A stretch of DNA of 27,465 bases from a virus. Lineage: Duplodnaviria; Caudoviricetes. The DNA lies in the IMG/VR virus record IMGVR_UViG_3300037566_000134, positions 1-27,465 of that record; one strand, given 5' to 3'. The position numbers and the translations under genes are program-made. Below the pieces are notes generated by a model. The model was not told the origin of the DNA. It was given only the letters and a program-made list of their open reading frames with translations, and searched no databases. Positions 1-9,438 of this stretch are shown piece after piece; position 1 is the stretch's first letter; each line of letters starts with the position of its first letter.

Positions 1-3000
1 CTACTCGTTTAACTCCCGGCGCTCCGAGTAGGGGGTGCCGAAGAACACGTTTCGCAAAGCCTCGCCCGCATCATCCGCCGCCGCCAGCGCCTCGGTATAC
101 ATCTGGACCTGGTAGAACGGGAGCCAGGTGACCAGGGTGGCCGCTTTGGCAATGTTCCGGAAGTCGGTCCAGTCGCCCTCCAGGGTGGCGATGTCCACTA
201 CGCTGCCCGCGCCCTTGACCAGGCTCTGCACCACCTGATCCATCGGGGTACTGGGCATGGCGAAATCCATGGTCGCGGCCCGGTAGATGTCGCGGAAGAT
301 CGGCAGGCCGGCAACGTAGGTGCTACCGATCCGCTCAGCCAGGAACGGCGCCATATCCTCCTTGTCCTCGTCGTCGCCGCGCAGCAGTGCCTCCACGATT
401 GAAGGCGCCAGCACGATCCAGAAGTTCGCCGCGGCAAATTTCTGCAGGGATTTCAGCCGGCCGTTCGGGCCCTCGCCACGCCAGAACCCGCGCAGCAGAT
501 CCTGCCGGCCGGTGAGGCGCAACTGATTGTGCTGCACCGCGAAGTACGAATAGAACAGGGTCACCAGCTTGGTCAGCTCGTTGCCCTGCTGCAGGCCTGC
601 CAGATCCTTGAGGCCACCGCCGGACTGGGTTTGCCGCACGGTGGCGTCAGCGTACTGCTGGGACTCCTGGACCGTCCGGCCCTCCTCCTGGGCCTTCTCG
701 TAGGCCGCAAGCCAGGTCACCGCGTTGATCTGCTTCTGCACCGCGATCAGCATGTAATAGGCGTTATCCATCAGCCACTGCGACTGCGCGATGATCGGAT
801 TGCGCTTCATCACCTCGACGGTGCGGTCGGTGAACTCGCGCACGTCCCGGTCGATCTGCTTGTCCAGATACTGCAGCTCGGGGGAGCCATCCAGCGCGCG
901 CTGATAGTCCGGGTGCACCCGGGCCTGCCCCGCGGTGCTGGCGCGGCCATAGGCCAGTTTCAGGGTCCAGCGCGCCACGCGGGCAGCGCCCACCTCTTTG
1001 GCCGCCGGCCCCAGCCCGAGGGCCTGCATGCCGGCGCTGGTCACCTTCCACCCCAGGCCCAGCAGAGAACCGCCATACCGCGCCCGGCGGAAAATGGAAT
1101 CCATGGTCTTGGTGGCGTCGTGGGAAGTCTCCGCCAGGGTGCCGTTGGCGGCGATGTTCTGCAGCCAGGAGCGCAGTTGCTTGTACCCTTCCAGGCCGAA
1201 ATAGGCCTCATACATGGCCCGGAACTGCTCCTTCCTGCGCAGCTTGTCGAAGTTGCGCACCGCCTCGTAGTGGGTCACATAGTGCACCACCTGGTGGAGG
1301 TGCTGCGGCAGGCCGGCCAGGTCCAGGCTCAGCACACCACCGGAGCCCGACATGCGCTCCTTCGTCATCGACTTGGACACCTGGCCGGTGATCGGGCTCG
1401 GGCCCATATCCACGGAGTTGGCCTCCTCGAGTACGGCCTGCTCGCGGGTGCCTACGCTGTCCTGGTACTTCACCGGGTAGTACCAGCCAGACAGGGTGAC
1501 GCCATGGCGGTCCAGGTACAGGGGTTTCGGTTCCACCTTCGGCGGCCGGATGCCGTCCACCCGCTCGGACACCTCGGCCATTGGCTCGTAGAAGGTGTCG
1601 ATCATCTGGCCCAGGGCCTCGATCCGGCGGAAGTCGTCCAGCGTCAGCTCCTCCTGGAGGCGCTTCAACACCGCATCCTCGCGGCCCTTCCAGCGGCGGG
1701 AGAACAGGCGGTCCCAGTTGCCCTGATTGCCCATGTTCAGGACGACGACATACAGGTCGGCCCGGGTCATCTTGGTGCCCAGGAAGTCAATGTTCTCGCT
1801 CAGGCGCTTCGCGTGCTGCCGGTCGATGCTGCCCATGATCTCTTTCAGCTTAACCACGGAGTCGTGCAGCATGGCCTCCTTGGCGTTCTGCGCATCCACG
1901 AACGGCTGGAAGATGGCCCGGTGCCACTTGCCCGCGATGTCGCCGTCGGCAAACCGGCACTCAAATTCGATCTTGCGCAAACTCGCAAGGTAGCTGGTGA
2001 ACAGCTTGGTGATCGGGCTCCGGTGGTCGACGGAGTAGCGGTCGATTTTCTCCCGGGTCATGTTCTCGGACGCGATGGCATCCAGCTCGGCGATCAGCTC
2101 CTGCGCCTCCACCATCTGGCCCTCGACCCGCACCTTGTCGGCCTCGCGCCCTTGCTTGGCCAAGGCCTGCACGGAGCTGTCCAGCTGCTCCAGCTGCTCC
2201 AGGGTCATCTCGCGCCAGTTGGTCAGCTCGGCGCCAGCGTACAGGGCCGGGTCGACGTGCACAGGCTCGCCCGCATCCATGGCCGCCTGGACGTACTCCA
2301 GCACCCGGCGGCGCGCGTCGATCTTCGACAGCGGGGTGCGCTTGAACTCCACGCCCGCCAACAGCGCGTCGATGGCGTTGGCCGCGGCCGGGTCACCCTT
2401 GCGGATCCGGGCCATGTACTTCGGGCTCTCGAATTTCTTGAGCTTGCCCCGGATGGTTTCGGATCGGGTCACCGCGGCCTGGGCCTCGCGGTACAGGTGG
2501 TGATTCAGCAGCTGCCGGCGCTTGTGCTCCAGAGCGGCCGCGTAATCCTCGGCTGCCACTGCCTCCTGCGCCAGCCTGGCCGCTTTCAGCTCCGCCTGGT
2601 AGAACTTATGCGGGCGGATGCCGCGCAGCGCCAGGGACCGGACATGCGCCCTGGCGGCCTCCTTGGTGGCCTGGTTCAGGGTGGCGCGCTCCGGGGTGCC
2701 CAGCCGGCGGTGCAGGGCCCGGGCCTCGGCCACCAGGAACGTGGCCATCTGGTTGTTCCGCAGCGCGAGGGCGGCCTGCTCCACCGTGTCGGTGTCTTGG
2801 GCCATATTGCCAAACTCCTCGTCCAGCTTGGCCTGCACCCGCTCCTTGATGACCTGCGACCGGGGCGGCGCCGCGATGATCTGCTGCACCATCTGGTAAC
2901 CGGAGTCGAACCCGTAGAGATCCGCCAGCACGTCGGGGTGCACACCCCTCTCCCGGGCCACCAGGCCCACCAGGCGGCGGTTGACCTTCGGGTCGGCGAA

Positions 3001-6000
3001 CATATCGGTGATGGCCTGGCTGGACATGCGGCGGCCCAGCAGGTGGTCGGGCACAGCGATCTGCTCGTCGTTGCCGGTGCGCAGCAGGCGCTGGACCGAG
3101 TAGACCGGCTGCGCATTCACCTCGGCGGTGATCTCCTCGGTGAGGTTCTGGCGCCGCTGGCGGTAGGCATCCGACCGCATGCGCTTGATCTCCCGCTGCG
3201 CCGCGGCCAGCATCTCGTCCTCGCCGGCCTGTATCGCCGCCTGCTGCAGTTTCACCAGCTCGGCATACTCGGCTTCGCTCAGCCCCGACGTTTCGGAGAA
3301 GGCCGGCACGATGTCCTGCTGTGCCTGCTGAATGGACTGCTCGGACGCCAGCAGGCGGTCGAACACCCCGCGGATCTCGTCCGTCAGCTCCACGTCCAGG
3401 TTGCGCAGCTGCCGGTACACCGAGATCATCCAGGCCTTGAAGCGGCTGAACACCCCGCGCAGCTCTTGGCTCGGGGCCTTGCCTTCCATCAGGTATGCCT
3501 CGAAGGACCGGGCAAACACCTCGTGCTGCTCGGTGGTCAGGTCGCCGTCGCTGCCCAGGTACTGCTTGATGATCTCCCAGTCCGCCGCGATGTCCGCCGG
3601 CACATCATCCGCCAGCGCGGCGCGCTTCATCAGCTCCAGGTACAGGTGGCCAGACTCGTGCACAAAGGTGCTCAGGTTCGCGTTGCGGGTCAGGGTGATG
3701 GTGAAGTCGGAGGCGCGGACCACCAGGTAGCCGCGGGCTTTCTGGCGGCCTTCACGCTGCATCAGGATGTCACGGACCTGCACGCGGCTATCGTCGTACA
3801 CCACATAGTTGTAGGTCTGGCCATCGGCCTTGCCGCGGCTGAGATCATCCAGGTATCGATGCCCGGGGATGCCAGCCGCTTTCAGCGCCATGGACGCGGC
3901 GCGCGGGCTGCCCAGGTCCGTGGTCAGGCCGTGCACGAGCGCGGCTCCGGTGGTGTTTCCGGCCTCCAGCGGGCCCAGCTGCTCCGCTGTAATCGAGCCC
4001 GGGGGCATATCGCTGGCCAGCTGGCGCAGCGCCTGCTGCACCGCCGGCGGCTGATCCCGGAGAGGTGCATCCCACAGCAGCATTTCGCTGTCCTCGGGGA
4101 TCTCCGCCTCGTAAAGGTTGCCTTCCCCCTCGATCTGCAGGGTGCCGTCGGCCTTGATCTGCTCCAGGGCGCGCAGAATCTCCTGCTCAGCAGCCAGCGT
4201 ATCCGGCTTCATGTTTGCGCTGGCGCTGTACTCCTCGACCCACTCCCGCTGATCGCGGATTGCCTCGTCAATGTCACCGCGGGCAGCGATGATGGCGTCG
4301 TCCACGTCCTCGTTGCCGGTGCTCCAGCTGCCCTGCCTGTTACCGTCCAGCAGGACATTGCCGTCCACAGTCACTTTCTGGCTGAGAGCGTCCCGGTAGT
4401 ATTCGGCCACCTCTTTTTTGCCGGCAAAGTACAGGCCCCAGCCGAAGGCCTGCGCGCCCTCACCGGTGCCAATCTTCTCCAGGGAGAACTTATCGAACCG
4501 GTGCGGCGTGCCGTGGTAGGCCAGCTGATGAAAGATATTCCCTGACCCCGGGTCAAACGTGCCTCGGTTGCTGGTTGCAGACTTAATCTGGCTCGAATCG
4601 AACACCACATAAGTATCTGTGGCGCGCGTTCTCGGACCGTTGTTGTAGTTGTCGCGGACGTTTCGAATTATCACGCCATCGTGGCCGTCCGCCTGGGCCT
4701 TCTCGATCACATCGGTGGTCTTTCCGATAGCCTGGGCCTCGCGCCACTCCTTGCCGGCGCCCTCTACGATCAGTGGATTTTCCAGCTTGAGGTAGGCCGG
4801 GATAACCTCCGGCTCAGCATTCTGATAATCCCATGCACGACGGTCATCCGCGTAGCTGCTCGCGGTCGACCGATCTTTGGCAAACCAGAATGCGCCGACC
4901 CCCCTCTGCTCGCCAAAGCGATCTGACATGCTCATAAACATGCCGTCAGATTGCAGAAAGCGACCATCGGGAGTCCCGTGATACACCACCAGCGGATTGC
5001 CAGCAGCATCAACCACCTTGCTGTCACCGAACCACGCCTTGAACTCAGGAGTCTGGATCTGTTCAGGCTGCTCCATCTCGGTGATGCCGATGCGCTCCAG
5101 CACCTCCTCGTTGGACATGGCAGACAGGTCGATCTGCTGGGCATCCAGCTCCTGCTGCAGGGAATCCAGAGAGGACTGCAGCTCCTGCATCTGCGGGGAC
5201 AGGTTGGTGGGAGAGTAGATCGCCTCGCCGCGGATCTCGCGGTCGATGGCATCCAGCAGGGCCTGCTCCTCACTGGCGAACTCGCCCCGCTCCAGGTAGC
5301 CGGCGTCCCGGGCGCGCTCGAAGGCCTCCTCCATGCTCAGCCCCTGTTCCCGGGCCAGCCGGCGGCGGCCGTACTGGGTCAACTGGCGGTCGAGATCCCG
5401 GGCGGACAACTCGCCGCCCTCGGGCTCGCTGATGCCACCGGCGGAGATCAGGAACTCCACCAGGCTCTCGCCGAACACGTCGCGTTGCTGCGGCCCGCGG
5501 CCCTCGCGCAGCAGGTTCAGCAGCCCGCCGGTGTAGGTGGGCACGTCGACGCCCTCCTGCTCCACCACCTCGCCCCGGATGCTGATGTTCTGCTCGCGGT
5601 AATACTGCAGAGGGTCCATGCCCTGGCGCTCGGCCATCCGGCGGATGCCGGCGGTGAACAGGGTGGCCTCCATCTCCGCCACCTCGGCCCGGCGGCCAGC
5701 GGCCAGCAGCTCGGTGTAGACCTGGCCGTAAAGCGGATCCTCGGCCTTGTCGATCTCACCCATCTGCGCCTGGTATTCCTCCAGGGTCGCCTTTGCCTCG
5801 GCCTGGGCCGCTTCCTGCTGCCGCGGGGTGGCTTCCAGCGGGTCGAACGTGATGTCCTGCATCACCTCGCCCAGGCGGCTGCTCGGTGCCACATGGGTGA
5901 CGAACTCATCCAGGGGAATGGCCACATAGCTGTCGGTGGCCTCGGCCTCCTGCAGCTCCTGGAAGGTCTTGGGCATCATCGCCTCGATGTCGACCATCTC

Positions 6001-7314
6001 CTGGAACAGGGTGGTGGCCGCCTCGCGGTCCATGTAGAGGGTGTCGACCAGGCCGTGGCGCTCCTGCACCTGGCGGATGAATGCCTGGAACTGCTCGGGC
6101 GCGCGGCTGTGCAGCTTGGAGCTCTGAACGTCCTGTCCCAGGGCCTCGAACACCTCCTGCATCTGCTTGGCCTTGCGGTTCTCGCTCACCGCCTCGCCAG
6201 TGCGGACTACGGTTGCCGGAGCACCCAGGCCCAGGGCCGCGCGCAGACCGACCTGCCCGGCCTCCCAGGCGCGCTCACCGACGGCAGACAGCTCCTCCCG
6301 GGTCGGCAGTGCGCCCTGCAGGGCAAACTTGCCCATCTCGACGGTGATCTCCTGCATCGCCTCGGTCAGGCCCTCGCTGGCCGCCCCCAGGGTGTAGGAG
6401 TAGCTGATCTCGGCCAGGCTCTTGGCCAGCTCCGGGCGGCGCAGGATCTCCCGCACACCGCCCTTGCCGGCGACCCGCAGCAGCCCGAACAGGGAGCGCA
6501 CCCCGGGGATCTTGGACAGGCCAGTGAACTCGAGCCCAGCATTGATGCCGCCTACCAGGAGGGCAGCACCCCGGGCCGCATCCCGGCTCACCGGTTGCCC
6601 GGTGGCATCTTTCAGCCCGCGGTACTCATCGAATGCCCAGCCGGCCTCGATCTCGAATATCTCCTTTGAAGAACCGATGGCAAGACCTGCCGCACCGGCA
6701 CTGATGGCCGCTGGCGGCCCGCCGGCCATGAAGCCACCGGAGCCGGAGTAGGCCGCCGCCATCCCGGCGTCAGGCAGCACCCCGGAATACATGCCGATCA
6801 TCTCGGCGGTGTCGGTGGGGATCCTGGCAAACCAGTTCATCCCCTCGTCGGGCTGGCTGGAAACGGCGTCCCGGTACTGCGCTGCCCGGGTGTCGTAGTC
6901 GGCGTCGTCGTCCCACATCAGGCTAAACAGTGCGCGCCCGCCGTCGGCGACAGCCCGGCCCTTGTCGAATTTCTGGCCGATCTTCCCCAGGTAGCTGGTG
7001 TCGTCCTCGACCTTGGCCAGGTTCTCGGCGTCGTCCAGGTTCTCGCCGTTGACCAGCATATCCCGGGTGACAGAACCGCGGTCCAGCTTCTCGTAGAGCC
7101 GGCGACTTTCCGCGAACCGGTTGAGGTGGTCGAAGTTGCGCTCCACGAACGCGGTGTCCTGAGTGCCCAGGGCCTCGGCCAGGCGCTTCGACTTCGCCGC
7201 CTTCTCCTCGTCCCGGTCCAGCGACATGCGCACGCCACCGGCCAGGGCAGTCTGCTCCTGGCCTTTCAGCTCCTCGGCTCGCCGCTCCGCCGCGGCCATG
7301 AACGGATTATTCAA
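1..7314 (-). CDS. Large polyvalent internal virion/DNA-ejection protein (~2437 aa, T7 gp16-position analogue) with two ART-fold modules and an HExxH motif
   Basis: Third and largest gene of the ejection cluster. TAG stop at 1-3. Probable TTG start at 7314 (GGAG 8 nt upstream, overlapping the upstream TAA); ATG 7299 is an alternative. The ORF-track extension to 7473 lies inside the upstream gene. Motifs: TPEFKAWFGDSKVVD..PLVVYHGT; AYHGTPHRFDKFSLEKIGTGEGAQAFGWGLYFA; STFVHESGH. Confidence 0.88.
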   Translation of the reverse strand: MNNPFMAAAERRAEELKGQEQTALAGGVRMSLDRDEEKAAKSKRLAEALGTQDTAFVERNFDHLNRFAESRRLYEKLDRGSVTRDMLVNGENLDDAENLAKVEDDTSYLGKIGQKFDKGRAVADGGRALFSLMWDDDADYDTRAAQYRDAVSSQPDEGMNWFARIPTDTAEMIGMYSGVLPDAGMAAAYSGSGGFMAGGPPAAISAGAAGLAIGSSKEIFEIEAGWAFDEYRGLKDATGQPVSRDAARGAALLVGGINAGLEFTGLSKIPGVRSLFGLLRVAGKGGVREILRRPELAKSLAEISYSYTLGAASEGLTEAMQEITVEMGKFALQGALPTREELSAVGERAWEAGQVGLRAALGLGAPATVVRTGEAVSENRKAKQMQEVFEALGQDVQSSKLHSRAPEQFQAFIRQVQERHGLVDTLYMDREAATTLFQEMVDIEAMMPKTFQELQEAEATDSYVAIPLDEFVTHVAPSSRLGEVMQDITFDPLEATPRQQEAAQAEAKATLEEYQAQMGEIDKAEDPLYGQVYTELLAAGRRAEVAEMEATLFTAGIRRMAERQGMDPLQYYREQNISIRGEVVEQEGVDVPTYTGGLLNLLREGRGPQQRDVFGESLVEFLISAGGISEPEGGELSARDLDRQLTQYGRRRLAREQGLSMEEAFERARDAGYLERGEFASEEQALLDAIDREIRGEAIYSPTNLSPQMQELQSSLDSLQQELDAQQIDLSAMSNEEVLERIGITEMEQPEQIQTPEFKAWFGDSKVVDAAGNPLVVYHGTPDGRFLQSDGMFMSMSDRFGEQRGVGAFWFAKDRSTASSYADDRRAWDYQNAEPEVIPAYLKLENPLIVEGAGKEWREAQAIGKTTDVIEKAQADGHDGVIIRNVRDNYNNGPRTRATDTYVVFDSSQIKSATSNRGTFDPGSGNIFHQLAYHGTPHRFDKFSLEKIGTGEGAQAFGWGLYFAGKKEVAEYYRDALSQKVTVDGNVLLDGNRQGSWSTGNEDVDDAIIAARGDIDEAIRDQREWVEEYSASANMKPDTLAAEQEILRALEQIKADGTLQIEGEGNLYEAEIPEDSEMLLWDAPLRDQPPAVQQALRQLASDMPPGSITAEQLGPLEAGNTTGAALVHGLTTDLGSPRAASMALKAAGIPGHRYLDDLSRGKADGQTYNYVVYDDSRVQVRDILMQREGRQKARGYLVVRASDFTITLTRNANLSTFVHESGHLYLELMKRAALADDVPADIAADWEIIKQYLGSDGDLTTEQHEVFARSFEAYLMEGKAPSQELRGVFSRFKAWMISVYRQLRNLDVELTDEIRGVFDRLLASEQSIQQAQQDIVPAFSETSGLSEAEYAELVKLQQAAIQAGEDEMLAAAQREIKRMRSDAYRQRRQNLTEEITAEVNAQPVYSVQRLLRTGNDEQIAVPDHLLGRRMSSQAITDMFADPKVNRRLVGLVARERGVHPDVLADLYGFDSGYQMVQQIIAAPPRSQVIKERVQAKLDEEFGNMAQDTDTVEQAALALRNNQMATFLVAEARALHRRLGTPERATLNQATKEAARAHVRSLALRGIRPHKFYQAELKAARLAQEAVAAEDYAAALEHKRRQLLNHHLYREAQAAVTRSETIRGKLKKFESPKYMARIRKGDPAAANAIDALLAGVEFKRTPLSKIDARRRVLEYVQAAMDAGEPVHVDPALYAGAELTNWREMTLEQLEQLDSSVQALAKQGREADKVRVEGQMVEAQELIAELDAIASENMTREKIDRYSVDHRSPITKLFTSYLASLRKIEFECRFADGDIAGKWHRAIFQPFVDAQNAKEAMLHDSVVKLKEIMGSIDRQHAKRLSENIDFLGTKMTRADLYVVVLNMGNQGNWDRLFSRRWKGREDAVLKRLQEELTLDDFRRIEALGQMIDTFYEPMAEVSERVDGIRPPKVEPKPLYLDRHGVTLSGWYYPVKYQDSVGTREQAVLEEANSVDMGPSPITGQVSKSMTKERMSGSGGVLSLDLAGLPQHLHQVVHYVTHYEAVRNFDKLRRKEQFRAMYEAYFGLEGYKQLRSWLQNIAANGTLAETSHDATKTMDSIFRRARYGGSLLGLGWKVTSAGMQALGLGPAAKEVGAARVARWTLKLAYGRASTAGQARVHPDYQRALDGSPELQYLDKQIDRDVREFTDRTVEVMKRNPIIAQSQWLMDNAYYMLIAVQKQINAVTWLAAYEKAQEEGRTVQESQQYADATVRQTQSGGGLKDLAGLQQGNELTKLVTLFYSYFAVQHNQLRLTGRQDLLRGFWRGEGPNGRLKSLQKFAAANFWIVLAPSIVEALLRGDDEDKEDMAPFLAERIGSTYVAGLPIFRDIYRAATMDFAMPSTPMDQVVQSLVKGAGSVVDIATLEGDWTDFRNIAKAATLVTWLPFYQVQMYTEALAAADDAGEALRNVFFGTPYSERRELNE
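3646..3660 (-). other. HExxH zincin-like metallopeptidase motif (HESGH)
   Basis: NANLSTFVHESGHLYLE followed about 50 aa later by HEVFARSFEAYL, whose Glu is a candidate third metal ligand. Confidence 0.65.
3757..4524 (-). other. Second ART-fold-like domain of the giant protein
   Basis: Same motif order as domain 1: YHGT, GLYFA..VAEYY, GNLYEAEIP, GIPGHRYLD, NYVVYDD. Confidence 0.65.
4525..5067 (-). other. ART-PolyVal-like ADP-ribosyltransferase-fold domain 1 of the giant protein
   Basis: FKAWFGDSKVVD-GNPLVVYHGT, FWFA..ASSYA, YLKLENPL, GHDGVIIRNV, YVVFDSSQIKSATSNRGTFDP match the ART domain of polyvalent proteins as I recall it. Confidence 0.8.
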
Positions 7315-8908
7315 CTGACGCACTCCGGTACAGGCGCATGATCTCCTCCTGAGTGGCCGGCAGGTTCTGTGCCTGCAGGGCCTCGGTGATCTGGCGCATT
7401 GTGGTTTCGTATTGCACCAGATCCTCGCCCAGGTCCTGGTAGATGAAGTCGTAGATGTCGGCGTACTGCGCACCGCGAACCTGGAACCCGAAGAAGGTGG
7501 TCGGCTCGCTGGTTTTCATGCTGCGGGTAAGCCGGTCGGAAATGGCGATCTTCTCGTCGGAGGTCAGCGCGCGCTTCTTGTCCATCTCCTGGCGCTGCAC
7601 CTCGTAGTCGTACTGCCGGCGGAAGTCTGCCGCCTGGCGTGAAGCCAGATCCCGGTTGTCCGAGGTCTTGGTGGTATCGATACCCAGCACCTTGAGCGCA
7701 TCGCCGACGATCTGCGCGTCGGTGGTAATGCCGCGGCCGTACTCCGGCTGCTTGGCCAGCTGCTGGCCCTTGGCTACCAGGGAGGTGTAATCCGACTGCT
7801 TGAGTTTCGGAGTGGCACGCTCCAGCTCCCGGCGGAATGCGACGGCATCCCCGGACGCCAGAATATCGTGCAGCTGCATGTAGACGGCCGGGTCGGTCTC
7901 CTCGGCGTAGTAGGAGCCAGTGCCCGCGGCATTCTCGAACATGGCCCAGGCCGCCTTGATGTCCGCGGCGGACATGAACTCCAGCTCATTGAGGCCGGCC
8001 AGATCCGAGGCGTTCACGCCCTCGGTGTTCGCCTTCGTCAGGAAGCCCTGCCACCAGTTGGCCCGGTTGCGTTCCTGCTGCTCCGTCTGCAGTGCCTTCT
8101 GCTCGGTCTCGTAGGCTTTGGCCAGCTGGGTCAGCTCGCCGATCTTCTGCTGCCGCTGCTGGTCATTCAGCGGGCTGGCGGCCAGGTAGTCGTCGGTACC
8201 CATGCGCTCCGCCTCGGCGCGCAGCTGCTCCGGGGATCCGTCCCGGGCCAGCCGGTTGAGGCGGGCCACTTCCTCGGCCTGGCCTACCTCGTCCAGCAGC
8301 TGGGCCTTGAGCGCAGGATTGTCCGCGAACACCGGGTCCGCCAGCTTGTCGCGGGCGGTCTGCCAGTTGCCCGCCACCAGGGCGGCATTGAAGTCAGCCT
8401 TCACCCGATCCCGGTGGAACTCGTGGGCCAGCCGGGCAGACTCCGCGACAGAGGCCTCGATCTCCTGGCGCTCGATGTCCCTGGCCTGCTGCAGGAAGGC
8501 CTCGCGCCCCATAGGTGAGGAGATCTCACCGCCCTGCACAGACTTGAGCTCGGAGATCGTGCGCTCCTTGAGAAAGGTGTACCACTCGTGCTTGGGGATA
8601 TACTCCCGGCGCCGGCCGTCGGCCGTGGTGGTGGATACCTGGCCCTCCAGGCCCCATTCCTCGATCTGCTCCGGGGTGACCACGCGCATGCTGGCCACCT
8701 CGTTCTCGAAGTGACTGAGGCCGTCGCGGAACTGCGACATGGCGGTGGTGGTTTCGTACTTCACCGTCCGCTCGGCGAAGGCGCGGCCCACCTCGAACAC
8801 GGCGTTCTGCACCTGCTGCTGCTGGCGGAAGTCAGCCACCGCGGCCTCGGGCCCGATGGTGCGTGCCGGGCCGGACACCCGGCGATAGTTGATCTCTGGC
8901 AGTTTCAT
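7307..8908 (-). CDS. Internal virion/ejection protein (533 aa, gp15-position analogue)
   Basis: Helical A/E/Q/R-rich protein between the small and giant ejection genes. ATG 8908 overlaps the upstream TGA (TGATG) with GGAAGG upstream. Function inferred from synteny only. Confidence 0.7.
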   Translation of the reverse strand: MKLPEINYRRVSGPARTIGPEAAVADFRQQQQVQNAVFEVGRAFAERTVKYETTTAMSQFRDGLSHFENEVASMRVVTPEQIEEWGLEGQVSTTTADGRRREYIPKHEWYTFLKERTISELKSVQGGEISSPMGREAFLQQARDIERQEIEASVAESARLAHEFHRDRVKADFNAALVAGNWQTARDKLADPVFADNPALKAQLLDEVGQAEEVARLNRLARDGSPEQLRAEAERMGTDDYLAASPLNDQQRQQKIGELTQLAKAYETEQKALQTEQQERNRANWWQGFLTKANTEGVNASDLAGLNELEFMSAADIKAAWAMFENAAGTGSYYAEETDPAVYMQLHDILASGDAVAFRRELERATPKLKQSDYTSLVAKGQQLAKQPEYGRGITTDAQIVGDALKVLGIDTTKTSDNRDLASRQAADFRRQYDYEVQRQEMDKKRALTSDEKIAISDRLTRSMKTSEPTTFFGFQVRGAQYADIYDFIYQDLGEDLVQYETTMRQITEALQAQNLPATQEEIMRLYRSASVE

Positions 8909-9435
8909 CAGGCCTTCCATGGCGGCGTGTAGCCGCCTTGCTTCGAGTAGCTGCCGAATACGCCAGTCTGCGCCGCAGAGCCAAGGCCGGCGACCATGGA
9001 GGCGACACCGGAGGCGCGAATCTGGCTGGCCGCCATGGCGCCGCCCTTCTTGACCACCAGCTCCTCCAGGCGCGACTGCTCACGGTCCCAGGCGATGTCA
9101 GCCCGGAACTGGGTTTCCAGTTGGTTTGCATATCGCTTATTGCTGCCGGTGAACAGCATATTGTTCGCCGCGATGGCAGCCCGGGTGCCACCCAGCACCT
9201 GCTCCATCTCCAGCTCGGCCCGGCGCTGATTCTCCAGGGCGGTCTTGCGGATCAGCTCCGCCTGTTGCCGGGCCAGGCGCTCGGCATCTTCCTCGGCGCC
9301 GCCACCCAGGCCACCAAGCACGCCACCAATGACGGCGCCAGCCGCAGCACCCCACGGACCGCCGATCTGCATGCCGACCGCGGCGCCTTGCCCGGCCCCT
9401 CCAATCGCCCCACTCGTGCGGGTGCTCATTGCCAT
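8908..9435 (-). CDS. Small internal virion/ejection protein (175 aa, gp14-position analogue)
   Basis: N-terminal glycine-zipper hydrophobic segment (GGPWGAAAGAVIGGVLGGLGG), then a coiled-coil. Strong SD GAGGAGG. Confidence 0.72.
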   Translation of the reverse strand: MAMSTRTSGAIGGAGQGAAVGMQIGGPWGAAAGAVIGGVLGGLGGGAEEDAERLARQQAELIRKTALENQRRAELEMEQVLGGTRAAIAANNMLFTGSNKRYANQLETQFRADIAWDREQSRLEELVVKKGGAMAASQIRASGVASMVAGLGSAAQTGVFGSYSKQGGYTPPWKA

Positions 9436-9438
9436 GGC

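Noticed and set aside
529-6669. Long plus-strand ORFs of 1338 aa and 572 aa (and similar ones opposite nozzle, capsid, scaffold, portal and terL)
   Set aside because: In-register antisense shadows of GC-rich genes that avoid TTA/CTA/TCA codons; no motifs or coupling.
7315-7473. N-terminal extension of the 2490-aa ORF
   Set aside because: Lies within the upstream gene and reads like off-frame sequence; SD and overlap favour a start at 7314 or 7299.
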